A program made the translations under genes and the position numbers. A DNA stretch of 64,000 nt, taken from Planctomycetota bacterium. Lineage in GTDB: Bacteria > Planctomycetota > UBA8108 > SXIK01. The first letter of the stretch is position 1. The number at the start of each line of letters is the position of its first letter. Below, in pieces: positions 28,546 through 38,801 of this stretch. The notes under the pieces were generated by a model. It had not been told where the DNA came from, did not search any database, and was given only the letters and a program-made list of their open reading frames with translations. The stretch covers positions 7,168,001-7,232,000 of the forward strand of contig CBDCXR010000004.1 in NCBI GenBank assembly GCA_965223845.1, read 5' to 3'.

Positions 28546-29211
28546 CTACCTCTCGAGCTCGACCTCTCGCTCGATTGCGTCGACCGACTCTGGCTCACTC
28601 TCTTCGGTGCCGGAGTCTTCGCACCGATTCGTAGTGGCGTCAGAACCGGAGATCGACGCTTCGTCGGGGTCGGCGGCTGCTCCCGAAACGACCTCGTCGG
28701 GAAGCTCGCAGAGTTCGCAATCGAGCTTGAGTTCGTCGTCGTTCTCTGCGGCGCACTTGATGAGGAGCGCCTCGGTCGAAAGACCCTGCTTGAGGACGGT
28801 CATCCGGTCGGTGATCTTGCACGGCTTGAAGTGGACGACCCCGCTTTCCCAAGTGAGGAGGTCCTTGACGACGCGCCGGATGTGGTCCTTCGTCTGGCGT
28901 TCGAGTGCGTCCGACTCGACGAACCCGTGCGCGACGAGGCTGGTCGCGAGAGGAACCCAGTGCGTGTTCGTCTGCTGCGCGCGAAGCGCGGTGGCGAGAT
29001 CGTTCTCGGAGATCACGCCGCGCTGAACGAGCCAGAAGCCGAGCCGACTCTGTGTGTCGGAGCTCGCGTAGACGACGTTTCCCCGCCGGAACACGAGGCG
29101 GCCGGTCACCGCGTCGTGAATGATGGTGGCGATACCGGACAGACGACCGATCGAGACGATCTGGAAGACGTCGTTGAGATCGAGGCCTTCGAGGTGAGCA
29201 GTGAACGACAT
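28546..29211 (-). CDS. DUF4388-domain protein with acidic tail
   Basis: MSF.AHLEGLDLNDVFQI...SG, G.+.FRRG.VVYA, RLG..LV and W..G.+.F pattern. Confidence 0.8.
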   Translation of the reverse strand: MSFTAHLEGLDLNDVFQIVSIGRLSGIATIIHDAVTGRLVFRRGNVVYASSDTQSRLGFWLVQRGVISENDLATALRAQQTNTHWVPLATSLVAHGFVESDALERQTKDHIRRVVKDLLTWESGVVHFKPCKITDRMTVLKQGLSTEALLIKCAAENDDELKLDCELCELPDEVVSGAAADPDEASISGSDATTNRCEDSGTEESEPESVDAIEREVELER

Positions 29212-29456
29212 GGCGATGCACGTGGTGGGAGCTTGATGAGGGTCGGACCGGCCCCGCATTCTTCTTCGGGTTCATCTCCGTGAGATCTATAGGCGCTCCC
29301 ACCGGACCGGCGCGTCACGCGTGATCCGATTCCGAAAACTCGCCGTCCGGGCGAAGGCGACCAGATTTCCGGAAGCCAGGGCGTCTGGTGTTTTCCGACC
29401 CGTCCGTAGTAAAAAGGGAGGTCTCCCCGGATTCCCAGCCCCTTTGGTCGAAACTC

Positions 29457-32400
29457 ATGGTTCGTTCCCGCGACGCTTCGTTGTTCCATCGTTCGAGTGG
29501 CTGCCGCCGGCGCCGTCTCCTCGTGAGCTCTCTCTTCGCGCTCGCGCTCCTAACCCTCGTGCGATCGGCGACGAGCTCGATGGACGCGCGTGCAGAAACG
29601 ATCGAATTCCTCGAGGATCGCTTCGAGATCCCTGCGGGCTTTCGCGTTTATCGTGTCGCCGATGGATCGCTTGCGGGAGGTTCCTACGACCTCGCGTTCG
29701 ATGGCGACGGTCGATTGCTCGTAGGAGACGGCACTAGGGTGCGGCGCCTCGAGGATACGGACGGCGACGCGGTGTACGATCGCTTCAGCGTCATCGCCGA
29801 GGGGCTCGGCGGCCGAGGGCCCCAGGGGCTCGTCGTCGATGGTGATCGCTTAATCGCGGTGGGCGGTGACGGCGTGCAGATGTTCACCGGCTACCGATCC
29901 GGCGAAATCCAGCACGCATCTCGCATCGGCGCACCGTTTCACACCGGCGGTGACCATGCCGCACACACGATCTTCCGCGGGCACGACGACTACTTCTATT
30001 TCATCACCGGCGACGGCGGCGGCGCGCGCGACCGAGATCACATCACGGTCGAAACATCGCCGGCGCTTTTCGAGCGGGCGGGCTCCGTCTTTCGCATCGA
30101 TCCTACGGGCGAGAATTGGGAGTGCATCGGAACGGGCGGTCGGAACGCGCCGAACCTGGGGATGGACGAGCTCGGCGATCTCTTCAGCCTCGACAGCGAC
30201 ATGGAGTGGCACGTAGATCTTCCTTGGTGGCGTCCCGTGCGGCTCAACCATTGGCTCACCGGCGGCGATCAGGGCTGGCAATCGGTGGGGGCTTACCCGC
30301 CGTATTTCGTCGACGCTCTGCCGGGGATTCTCGACGTCGGTCGCGGCTCACCCGATTGGGGCCAGTTCTACGAGCATGAACGATTTCCCGCGAAGTATCG
30401 CGGAGCGTACTTTGTTTGCGACTACCGTTCGAAGTCCGCGACGTCGGGCGGTTACGACACGACCGGACGACTCTACGCGTTTTTCATCGAGCGCGATGGC
30501 CCCGGTTACCGCGTCGAGCAGGAAGTGTTCGCGATTCCCCGGAGCGGCGCCGTCGACGATCGCGGCGAGCGGATCGACTTTGCCCTCGTCGACATCGAGG
30601 TCGGACCCGACGGCGACCTCTACCTGAGCGATCACAGCCGCGGCGTGTGGCGGGTCTACTTCGATCCCGAGGGGGCGGGAGACCCACCGCCTCTACCCGG
30701 CTCGAAACCAGCGTCGCTTCCGGTCGCGTTCGACCTCGATGCGCTGCTCGCCCTTCCGCAGCCTGGAGCCGAATGGAGCCGTGTTCGTCGCGACGCGTTT
30801 CGGCGCGCAGCGGGAGACGCGTACGGGTCGAGCCTAGAGCGCGTCGTGCTCGATTCCTCCGAAAGCCTCGCGCGGCGCCTTCGCGCGCTGCGCTACCTCG
30901 CGCCGCTCTTTGCGGAGCTGTCGACCGAGTTCGTCGCCAGGCTCGCGCGAACGAACGCTCCCGAGCTGCGCGGTCAGGCGGCGTGGCTCGCGGGCATCCG
31001 TCGTCGCCCGAGTGAAACGCAGCTTCTTGTCGACGGACTCCGGCGCGACGCCGACCCGTTCGTCCGGCGACGCGCACTCGAAGCTCTAACCCGTCGCCGT
31101 CTCACGAACGCCGAGCTCCTTCGGGTCGCCGCGTCGCTCGAAGATCCGCACCGCACCATTCGCTACGCCGCAACGCTCGTCCTCTCCCATCATCCCATCG
31201 AAGCGTGGTTCGATGAGCTCGACGCTCGTCCCGGCGTGCAGACGCGCGTCCGGGCGCTCGTTGCGGCGAGCTTGCGGAGAGATCGTCCGGAGCCGCCCCG
31301 GACGCGAGCGACGATTCGGCGTTTGATCGCGGACGTGCGGGACGAAGAAAACTCGTCGGAGCAGATCGTAGAAAATCGGCTCGACGTCCTTCGCACGATC
31401 GGGCTCTACGCCGGCGAAGTGCGCGCGGACGAGGCTCTCGTCGACGAGGTCGAGCGGTTCCTCCTCGAACAGTTCGCAGCGGGGGGCGCACGCATTCGCT
31501 GGGAGACCGCGCGTCTCATCGGCCAGCTCGATGTCCACACCGGATTTGCACCGCTCTCGGCCGCACTCGAGCGCGAAGGGGACCGCGTCGCTCAGTTCCA
31601 CTTCGCGCAGTGTCTGGCGCGTCTCTCCGGCGGCTGGGCCCCCGAGACCGAGGCGCGCGCCGTCGCTTGGTTTCTCGCCGCGCAGAGCGGCTGGTTCACC
31701 GAGTTCGCGGGGAAGGGACGGCAGTTCCCCGGCTTCTGGTCGACGGTTCTCACGGCGTTCGTCGAACACCACGCGACCGCGCTCGCTCAGGCGATCGATC
31801 GCGTCGATCTCAGCGGCCGACTCGGGCGCGCCCTTCTCGATCGCATGGCCGAAGACGAGGGTGCCGCGGAGCAGCTCGCGGCTCTGCTTCGGTCCACCGA
31901 GCAAGCCGAGTCGCGTCGTCGCATCGCGGAAGCGTTCCGGCGTCAGAAGGGTGAGCTCGCGAGCGAAATTCTTCGGGACGCGATCGATCGTGAGCGGAAC
32001 GACGAAGTGCGGCGGGCGCTTACTCGTAGTCTCTGCGAGCAGCCGCCGCGGCCGCGCAATCGTCCGTATCTCGAGGACGCGCTACTCGAGACGGACGATG
32101 AGACCGTCCGCGCCGCCGCGATCGCGCTCACTCGATTCCGGCCGAGCGTAGAGCAGGATGTCGTTCAGGCTGCAATCTCGCGGATGGTGGAGCGGAGTGA
32201 GCTCGTACGTGCGTGCGAGAAGTTCCTCGTCGCGATGACGGGCGAGAAGCGGGATGGCTACGAATCGAACGCGGAGGTACGGCGACGCGCGAGTGACGCC
32301 GAACGCACCGCGGCGCTCGAGTTTTGGCGACTCTGGTACGCGCGGCAATTCGGTGAGCCGTTTCGTCCCGTAACCGACGAAGCGATCGTCGAAAAGTCGA

Positions 32401-32894
32401 ACGAAGAAGTCCGGCGCTTCCTTCTCGGCGAAGAGGTTCGCGGCGGCGATCCCCGCCGCGGTGCCGCCATCTACGAGGCACTCTGCGTCAAGTGTCACGG
32501 CGGTTCGAACAAGGGGCGAACCGTGGCCGCGATCTTCGGGCCGGATCTCGCCGGAGTGACGCGGCGCCTCAATCCCACGGAGTTCGCCGACGGCCTCGTC
32601 GATCCGTCGAAAGTTGTCGCCGACCGCTACCGCGCGGTGATCGTGCAACTCGAGGACGGTCGCACCCTGACGGGCTTCGTGACGGAAGAGACGGAGAAGA
32701 GACTCTCGCTCGCCACGCAGGAGCGAGTCGAGCGCATCGCCAGCGCAGAGATCGAAGTCGTCATGCCGCAGGAAACATCGCTCATGCCCGACGGCCTGCT
32801 CAATCGACTCGAGTGGGGTGAGATTCGCAATCTCGTCGCGTACATCGAGGCCCTCGGCGCGAAGCCCGCGCCGGGAGTCGAGAAGACGGAGTGA
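29457..32894 (+). CDS. PVC-type heme-binding membrane-associated dehydrogenase-like protein (beta-propeller, HEAT repeats, cytochrome c)
   Basis: Signal/TM segment, DTDGD, GGRNAPN, HEAT-like repeats, GDPRRG, CVKCH, GPDL, DPS and SLMP motifs. Start codon uncertain. Confidence 0.88.
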   Translation: MVRSRDASLFHRSSGCRRRRLLVSSLFALALLTLVRSATSSMDARAETIEFLEDRFEIPAGFRVYRVADGSLAGGSYDLAFDGDGRLLVGDGTRVRRLEDTDGDAVYDRFSVIAEGLGGRGPQGLVVDGDRLIAVGGDGVQMFTGYRSGEIQHASRIGAPFHTGGDHAAHTIFRGHDDYFYFITGDGGGARDRDHITVETSPALFERAGSVFRIDPTGENWECIGTGGRNAPNLGMDELGDLFSLDSDMEWHVDLPWWRPVRLNHWLTGGDQGWQSVGAYPPYFVDALPGILDVGRGSPDWGQFYEHERFPAKYRGAYFVCDYRSKSATSGGYDTTGRLYAFFIERDGPGYRVEQEVFAIPRSGAVDDRGERIDFALVDIEVGPDGDLYLSDHSRGVWRVYFDPEGAGDPPPLPGSKPASLPVAFDLDALLALPQPGAEWSRVRRDAFRRAAGDAYGSSLERVVLDSSESLARRLRALRYLAPLFAELSTEFVARLARTNAPELRGQAAWLAGIRRRPSETQLLVDGLRRDADPFVRRRALEALTRRRLTNAELLRVAASLEDPHRTIRYAATLVLSHHPIEAWFDELDARPGVQTRVRALVAASLRRDRPEPPRTRATIRRLIADVRDEENSSEQIVENRLDVLRTIGLYAGEVRADEALVDEVERFLLEQFAAGGARIRWETARLIGQLDVHTGFAPLSAALEREGDRVAQFHFAQCLARLSGGWAPETEARAVAWFLAAQSGWFTEFAGKGRQFPGFWSTVLTAFVEHHATALAQAIDRVDLSGRLGRALLDRMAEDEGAAEQLAALLRSTEQAESRRRIAEAFRRQKGELASEILRDAIDRERNDEVRRALTRSLCEQPPRPRNRPYLEDALLETDDETVRAAAIALTRFRPSVEQDVVQAAISRMVERSELVRACEKFLVAMTGEKRDGYESNAEVRRRASDAERTAALEFWRLWYARQFGEPFRPVTDEAIVEKSNEEVRRFLLGEEVRGGDPRRGAAIYEALCVKCHGGSNKGRTVAAIFGPDLAGVTRRLNPTEFADGLVDPSKVVADRYRAVIVQLEDGRTLTGFVTEETEKRLSLATQERVERIASAEIEVVMPQETSLMPDGLLNRLEWGEIRNLVAYIEALGAKPAPGVEKTE

Positions 32895-32946
32895 TCGCGA
32901 GTGCGCACGGTGGCCAACAGGGCCCCGGAGAGAGGAGACTAGGTCT

Positions 32947-33693
32947 ATGCGCCGACGTCGTTCTTTGAATTCGATCACCGTCGCCGTCGTCACGGGAGCG
33001 CTCGCGGCGACCGTCTCGTGTGAAGCGCCGCATTCCGGAGTGACCGACTCGGGCGAGGCGGCGCCAATCCAGCCGCCGCCCGAAGAGGTCGCGCCGATCG
33101 TTCGGACCGACCCGGTCGCCGAAGATTGGCGGCCGCTTCTGTCGCCGGGCGGTCTCGGAGGGTGGAAGACGGCGGAGTTCGGCGGCCACGGGGAGCCCGA
33201 GGTCGACGGCGAGCGTCTCGTTCTTCCTATGGGAGAGTTCCTCACCGGCGTCGTGTGGACGAACGAGTTCCCCAGCCTCGACTACGAGATCGCGCTCGAC
33301 GCGATGCGAGTAGAAGGCCAGGATTTCTTCTGCGGCCTCACGTTTCCGTATCGCGACACCTGCGCGTCGCTCATCCTCGGCGGATGGGGCGGTCGGACCT
33401 GCGGGATCTCTTCGCTCGAGGGAGAGGATGCTTCGTCGAACGAGACAACCGACTACATCGGGTTCGAGACCGAGCGGTGGTACGCCGTGCGTCTCCGCGT
33501 GACCGGCGAACGAATCGAAGCGTGGGTCGATGAGCGAAAGATCGTCGATGTCGCGACGAAAGACCGCGTCATCGATATCCGACCCGAGGTCGATCTCTGC
33601 CGGCCGCTCGGTCTCGCGTCCTATCAGACGACGGCGGCTCTCCGCCGAATTCGCTGGCGGCCGGCGTCGCCGGAGTCCCCCGCGGCGGAGTGA
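32947..33693 (+). CDS. DUF1080 (3-keto-disaccharide hydrolase-like) lipoprotein
   Basis: GAGGAG SD, lipobox TVSC, and YEI.LDAMRVEGQDFFCGLTFP / LGGWGG motifs. Confidence 0.8.
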   Translation: MRRRRSLNSITVAVVTGALAATVSCEAPHSGVTDSGEAAPIQPPPEEVAPIVRTDPVAEDWRPLLSPGGLGGWKTAEFGGHGEPEVDGERLVLPMGEFLTGVVWTNEFPSLDYEIALDAMRVEGQDFFCGLTFPYRDTCASLILGGWGGRTCGISSLEGEDASSNETTDYIGFETERWYAVRLRVTGERIEAWVDERKIVDVATKDRVIDIRPEVDLCRPLGLASYQTTAALRRIRWRPASPESPAAE

Positions 33694-33728
33694 GCTTCGA
33701 CGACCCGGGTGGAGCCGAACACGCGACG

Positions 33729-34862
33729 ATGTGGACAACAGAGAACGACGGCGGGACGTATCGAGTCCTGGTGACGAAGGGGCTTCCGGGTGAGCGGTGG
33801 CGCGAGATTCTCGCGGACGCCGATTGCGCGGTCGTTTCGTGCGAGAGGGAAGCGGCGCTGAGTCCGGCGGAGATCCGAGCGGCCATCGGGGATCGCTGCG
33901 ACGGTGTGATCGGACAGCTCACCGAGCGGTGGGATGATCCCCTCTTCGCGGCACTGGGGGCAGCGGGCGGGCGGGTGTACTCGAACTATGCGGTCGGGTA
34001 CGACAACGTCGATGTCGCGGCCGCGACTGCGCGGCGAATCGCCGTCGGCAATACGCCCGGCGTCCTCACCGAGACGACCGCGGAGCTCGCCGCCGCGCTC
34101 ACGTTCGCCGCGGCGCGTCGCGTCGTCGAGTCGGATCGATTCGTCCGCGATGGTCGGTGGGACGGCTGGCTGCCCGGGATGTTTCTCGGCAAGAGACTCT
34201 ACGGGCAAACGCTCGGTGTCGTCGGTGCCGGTCGCATCGGGAGTGCGTACGCGCGCCTGCTCGGGGTGGGCTGCGGAATGGACGTCCTCTACCACGCCCG
34301 GAGCCGGAAGCCCGCACTCGAGTCGTACTTCGCGGCGGTGGCGCCTGCCGCGCTGGCCGCATCCGGTCGCGCACCCGGGTGCGAGTTTTGCCCCGATCTC
34401 GATGACCTCCTCGGGCGCGCCGACGTCGTCGCGCTTCACGTACCGCTGTCGGAGTCGACGCGGCAGCTCATCGGCCGCGAGCAACTGCGGCGGATGAAAT
34501 CCGACGCCGTTCTCGTCAACACGAGTCGCGGCGCGGTCATCGACGAGGCGGCACTCGTCGAGCATCTCCGGGAGAACTCCGAGTTTCGCGCCGGACTCGA
34601 CGTGTTCGAGCGCGAGCCCGAGCTCGCCCCGGGTCTCTCCGACCTTCCGAACGCCGTGATCGTTCCGCACATCGGAAGCGCCACGGTTTGGACGCGTGCC
34701 GGGATGGCGTCACTCGCCGCCGCGAACGTGGCAGGAGTGCTTCGGGGGGATCCACTCGCGGAGATTCTCGACATCGACGCGGTTCTCGCCGGTCCTTGCC
34801 CGCGATTCATACCATCGCTCGTCAACGCGGACCCACTCGGCTTCGCCTCCTCACCGGAGTGA
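33729..34862 (+). CDS. D-glycerate dehydrogenase / hydroxypyruvate reductase, plant-HPR-like
   Basis: GVIGQLTE.W, SNYAVGYDNVDV, GNTPGVLTETTAELA, GAGRIG, NTSRG, GLDVFE.EP and PHIGSA motifs. Alternative GTG start at 33690. Confidence 0.9.
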   Translation: MWTTENDGGTYRVLVTKGLPGERWREILADADCAVVSCEREAALSPAEIRAAIGDRCDGVIGQLTERWDDPLFAALGAAGGRVYSNYAVGYDNVDVAAATARRIAVGNTPGVLTETTAELAAALTFAAARRVVESDRFVRDGRWDGWLPGMFLGKRLYGQTLGVVGAGRIGSAYARLLGVGCGMDVLYHARSRKPALESYFAAVAPAALAASGRAPGCEFCPDLDDLLGRADVVALHVPLSESTRQLIGREQLRRMKSDAVLVNTSRGAVIDEAALVEHLRENSEFRAGLDVFEREPELAPGLSDLPNAVIVPHIGSATVWTRAGMASLAAANVAGVLRGDPLAEILDIDAVLAGPCPRFIPSLVNADPLGFASSPE

Positions 34863-35047
34863 CGTCGTCGGTCGGCCGAACGCGACACGAACGATCGCCC
34901 GGACGCCCGCTGAATCGCCTAGAAGTGCGTAGAAGGACGCGCAGCCGCTCCGCTATCCTGTTCCGCGTCGCCTGCATTCGCTCTCGAGTGAGTCGATCGC
35001 GACGGATCTCTCTTTCCTCTCGTGTGCAATCGAATCGGAGACGAACT

Positions 35048-36265
35048 ATGTCCCTCAAGAGAGCTGGTGCGCTGGCGTTTGCGGTCTTTGCGTTGACGGC
35101 GTTTCGACCGGAGCCGATCGCGGCGCAGGCGTCGATCCGCGTCCGCGTCGAATCGGGTCCGCACGCCCGCTTCGAGACGCCGATCCGCTGCGAGATTCCG
35201 GATGGGATCGGCGAGAGCCTCGGTTGTCCCTCCGTATACTCTGCGTCGGGGACTGTGATGCCAGCGCAGTGGGAAACGCCGGAGAAGCGGGCGATCGTCT
35301 TCGTTCTCCGAGAGCGCCTCGGTCCGAAGGAAACGCACATCTACCGGATCGCCGATGGCCCCTGTACGGCCGACGTCTCGGTCTCGGACGAGGAAGGGAA
35401 GCACCTCGTCTGCCGCGTCGGTGAGGACGAAGTGCTCCGCTACAACTACGGCGTCATGGAGCCGCCGGAGGGGTACGGCGAGCTCTACGCGCGAAGCGGC
35501 TACATCCATCCGATTCGCGCGCCGTCCGGGCGCATCGTATCGAACGATTTCCCGCCCCAACACAAGCACCACCACGGAATTTGGTTCCCGTGGACCGCAA
35601 CCGAGTTTCAAGGTCGCAAGGTCGACTTTTGGAACTCGGGGAAGGGCGAAGGGCGAATCGAATGCACCGGAGTCCAGGGCTACACGTCCGGTCATGTCTA
35701 CGGCCGCTTTGCAACGGGTCAGCGATTTCTCGATCTCAAGGCCCCGTCTGGTCCGATCGAAGTCCTTCGCGAGCAGTGGGACGTCCGGGTGTACTCCCAG
35801 TCGAAGTACAACCTGATCGACTTCGAGTCCGTGCAGGAGTGCTCGACGGAGGACTCGCTCAAGCTCCTTCAGAACCGCTACGGCGGATTCGGCTTTCGGG
35901 GCTCCCACGAGTGGGAGGGCGAGCACGTCGAGTTTCTAACGAGTGAAGGAAAGACGCGAAAGGACGGGCACGCGACTACCGCGCGGTGGTGCGCCGTGTA
36001 CGGAAAGGTCGACGGATCGACCTGCGGAGTGACGTTCTTCTGTCACCCGGAGAACTTTCGAGCGCCGCAGAACATGCGGATCCATCCGAACGAGCCGTTC
36101 TTCAATTGGGCGCCTTGCCAAGCCGGTGATTTCGCGATCGAGCCCGGGAAGCCGTACCGATCGCGGTATCGCTTCGTCGTCTACGAGGGCGCGCCCGATG
36201 TCGGGGAGATGGAGCGTCTCTGGCGCGACTACGTCGATCCGCCGAAGGTCACCGTCCTACGCTGA
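35048..36265 (+). CDS. Secreted PmoA-family / DUF6807 protein
   Basis: Signal peptide; RSGYIHP, H.HHHGIW, DFWN, YGGFGFRG and HPEN motifs. Confidence 0.8.
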   Translation: MSLKRAGALAFAVFALTAFRPEPIAAQASIRVRVESGPHARFETPIRCEIPDGIGESLGCPSVYSASGTVMPAQWETPEKRAIVFVLRERLGPKETHIYRIADGPCTADVSVSDEEGKHLVCRVGEDEVLRYNYGVMEPPEGYGELYARSGYIHPIRAPSGRIVSNDFPPQHKHHHGIWFPWTATEFQGRKVDFWNSGKGEGRIECTGVQGYTSGHVYGRFATGQRFLDLKAPSGPIEVLREQWDVRVYSQSKYNLIDFESVQECSTEDSLKLLQNRYGGFGFRGSHEWEGEHVEFLTSEGKTRKDGHATTARWCAVYGKVDGSTCGVTFFCHPENFRAPQNMRIHPNEPFFNWAPCQAGDFAIEPGKPYRSRYRFVVYEGAPDVGEMERLWRDYVDPPKVTVLR

Positions 36266-36440
36266 TCGCCGCTCGATCGGGCGGGGGTTCGCGGTCCTCT
36301 CCGCCGCCCGGGACGGATTGGTCGCAGAAGCCTCTTCCTTCACCGCCGGCTTCGAGTATGGTTTCGCTTCTCGACCGGCGCACCCGCGGAGTCGGCGTAC
36401 GTCACGGTGGGGCGCGAGACCCGATACGAAAGGAGAGCGC

Positions 36441-36869
36441 ATGGCGGAGTTCGGCATCGAAACCCGCTGGACCGGTAGTCTGAGCGGAGAGGCCGCCGCC
36501 GAGGGTGTCGACGCGGCTCTCGGCTTCGGCGTGCCGAAGGAGTTTGGCGGAGCGGGAGGCGAGTGGACGCCGGAGCACCTTCTCGCGGCGGCGGTCGCGA
36601 GCTGCATCCAGTCGACGTTTTTTTTCGTCGCGAAGCAGTCGAAGGTCGAGGTGAAGGCCTATCGGAGCTCCGCACGGTGCGGGATGGCGCCGGGAAGCGG
36701 CGGATACACGTTGACCGGCATCGAGATTGCGGCGACAGCGGTGGTCGCCGACGAGGCGACGCGAGCCCGCGCCGAGAGAGCTCTCGAGAAAGCGGACTCG
36801 CTCTGCCCGATTTCGAAATCGCTCGGCGGTCTCGTCACCTTTGAAGGCACCGTGGAGGTCGAAGGATGA
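36441..36869 (+). CDS. OsmC/Ohr family protein
   Basis: AAGGAG SD; P.EFGG.G..WTPEHLL.AAVASC and CPISKSL (two catalytic Cys). Confidence 0.9.
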   Translation: MAEFGIETRWTGSLSGEAAAEGVDAALGFGVPKEFGGAGGEWTPEHLLAAAVASCIQSTFFFVAKQSKVEVKAYRSSARCGMAPGSGGYTLTGIEIAATAVVADEATRARAERALEKADSLCPISKSLGGLVTFEGTVEVEG

Positions 36870-37867
36870 GCGAAGCTCTGCGCTGGGGGATCTTGAGCAC
36901 GGCGAAAATCGGCATCGAGAAGGTCATTCCGGCGATGCAGAAGGGGCAGTACACGCAGGTGAGCGCGATCGCCTCGCGCGACCTCGGTCGCGCCGAAAGC
37001 GCAGCGAAGGAGCTCGGGATTCCGCGTGCGTACGGGAGCTACGAGGAGCTGTGCGCCGATTCGGAGATCGACGCGATCTACAACCCGCTTCCGAATCACC
37101 TCCACGTCTCGTGGACGATCCGGGCGGCGGAGGCCGGGAAGCACGTCCTCTGCGAGAAACCGATCGCGCTCTCGGCGGAAGAAGCCTCAGAGCTCATCGC
37201 GGCTCGGGACCGGACGGGCGTCAAGATCCAAGAAGCGTTCATGGTGCGGACGCATCCTCAGTGGATCAAGGTGCTCGAGACTGTTCGTTCGGGCGCGGTG
37301 GGAGAGATCCGTTCCGTCCAGGGCTTCTTCAGCTACTTCAACGACGATCCGAACAATATCCGCAACATCCTCGAGATCGGCGGCGGCGGCGTCATGGACA
37401 TCGGGTGCTATCCGATCACGACCTCACGCTTCGTCTACGGCGAGGAGCCGCGACGTGTCGTCGCGCTCGTCGATCGCGACGAACGCTTCAAGACGGATCG
37501 ATTGACGTCCGCGATCCTCGATTACCCGTCCGGTCAGTGCGTTTTCACGTGCAGCACGCAGCTCGTGCCCTACCAGCGGATGCACTTCTTCGGGACGAAG
37601 GGGCGCATGGAGGTCGAGATTCCCTTCAACGCGCCGAACGACCGACCCTGCCGCGTATTCGTCGACGGCGGCGATCTTCTCGGCCGCGAGATCGAAACGA
37701 TGTCGCTCGACACTTGCGATCAGTACACGGTTCAGGGCGACCGCTTTTCCGAGTCGATTCTCCGCGGCGAGGAGCAGCCGATTCCGCTCGAGGACGCGAT
37801 CGCGAACATGCGAGTGATCGAGGCCGTTCTCCGATCGGCGGAAACGGGTGCGTGGGAAGTCCCCTGA
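36866..37867 (+). CDS. Gfo/Idh/MocA oxidoreductase
   Basis: WGILSTAKIG, PLPNHLH, CEKP, EAFM and GGG.MDIGCY motifs; ATGA overlap with the OsmC gene. Confidence 0.92.
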   Translation: MSEALRWGILSTAKIGIEKVIPAMQKGQYTQVSAIASRDLGRAESAAKELGIPRAYGSYEELCADSEIDAIYNPLPNHLHVSWTIRAAEAGKHVLCEKPIALSAEEASELIAARDRTGVKIQEAFMVRTHPQWIKVLETVRSGAVGEIRSVQGFFSYFNDDPNNIRNILEIGGGGVMDIGCYPITTSRFVYGEEPRRVVALVDRDERFKTDRLTSAILDYPSGQCVFTCSTQLVPYQRMHFFGTKGRMEVEIPFNAPNDRPCRVFVDGGDLLGREIETMSLDTCDQYTVQGDRFSESILRGEEQPIPLEDAIANMRVIEAVLRSAETGAWEVP

Positions 37868-38042
37868 AGCGGCGTTTGGGCAGTACCCTCGTCCCGACCC
37901 GCGCCGCGGACAGGATTCCGAATTGGCGCTTCGCCGTGGTACTCTCGTGTCGCCGACCCGGGCTAGGTCTCGCTCCGCCCGCGGTCCGAGCGGCGAGGCC
38001 GCTGAACTTCAATCAAGTGTTTCCCTCGATCGAGGATCTCGC

Positions 38043-38801
38043 ATGAAGAGTCTCGGAGCCCAAATTCTCGTTCTCCTCGCGCTCGCGGGGGTCACCGGGA
38101 CGATCGCGAAGATCGCGCGCGAGGGAGATCCGGAGAAGGATCTCGCCTGGTCGACGAACCTCTACGACACGTCGGTGAAGCCGGCACCGGCGAACGATCC
38201 GGAGACTCCGAGCTCGACCCCGGACGGCGGCCCCGCGCCGGCACCGGAGGAGAACCCGTCGGATCCGAAGGCGACGACTCCGAGCGGCGACCCCACCGCA
38301 CCCACGACCTCGTCCAGCGGGAACGGCGCAGCGAACGCGAGCGCAGCGCCGCCCGAAACGGCGACGGACCCACCGCCGAGCGACGACAAGGATGCCGAAT
38401 CGGAACCCGAAGACGGCTTCGATCGCCTCGAGTTCGCTGGGGCGCGCGAAGAGTTCGAGAGTGGGGCGACGTTCATCGATGCGCGGAGGACGCGCGAGTA
38501 CGTCGAAGGGCACATCACGGGCGCGGTGTCTCTCTCGCCTTATGAGCAGTCTCAGTTCGCCGAGAAGATCGTCGCGCTCCAGGAAAGCGTTCCCGAGGAG
38601 GCGACGCTCGTCGTCTACTGCTCGGCGAGCGCGGACTGCGAAGATTCCGCCATGGTTGCGAAACAGCTTCAGAATGCCGGATTCGTCGACGTTCGCATCT
38701 ACAAAGGCGGGTTCCCGGAGTGGGAAGCGAAGCTAAAAGATGATCCCGTGCGCGACAAGCTGATCACGAAGGGCGCGGAGCCCGGGGAGATCGATCAATG
38801 A
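38043..38801 (+). CDS. Membrane-anchored rhodanese-like protein with Pro/Thr-rich linker
   Basis: N-terminal TM segment; FIDAR...Y..GHI.GA, VYCSASADC and YKGGFPEW motifs. Confidence 0.85.
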   Translation: MKSLGAQILVLLALAGVTGTIAKIAREGDPEKDLAWSTNLYDTSVKPAPANDPETPSSTPDGGPAPAPEENPSDPKATTPSGDPTAPTTSSSGNGAANASAAPPETATDPPPSDDKDAESEPEDGFDRLEFAGAREEFESGATFIDARRTREYVEGHITGAVSLSPYEQSQFAEKIVALQESVPEEATLVVYCSASADCEDSAMVAKQLQNAGFVDVRIYKGGFPEWEAKLKDDPVRDKLITKGAEPGEIDQ

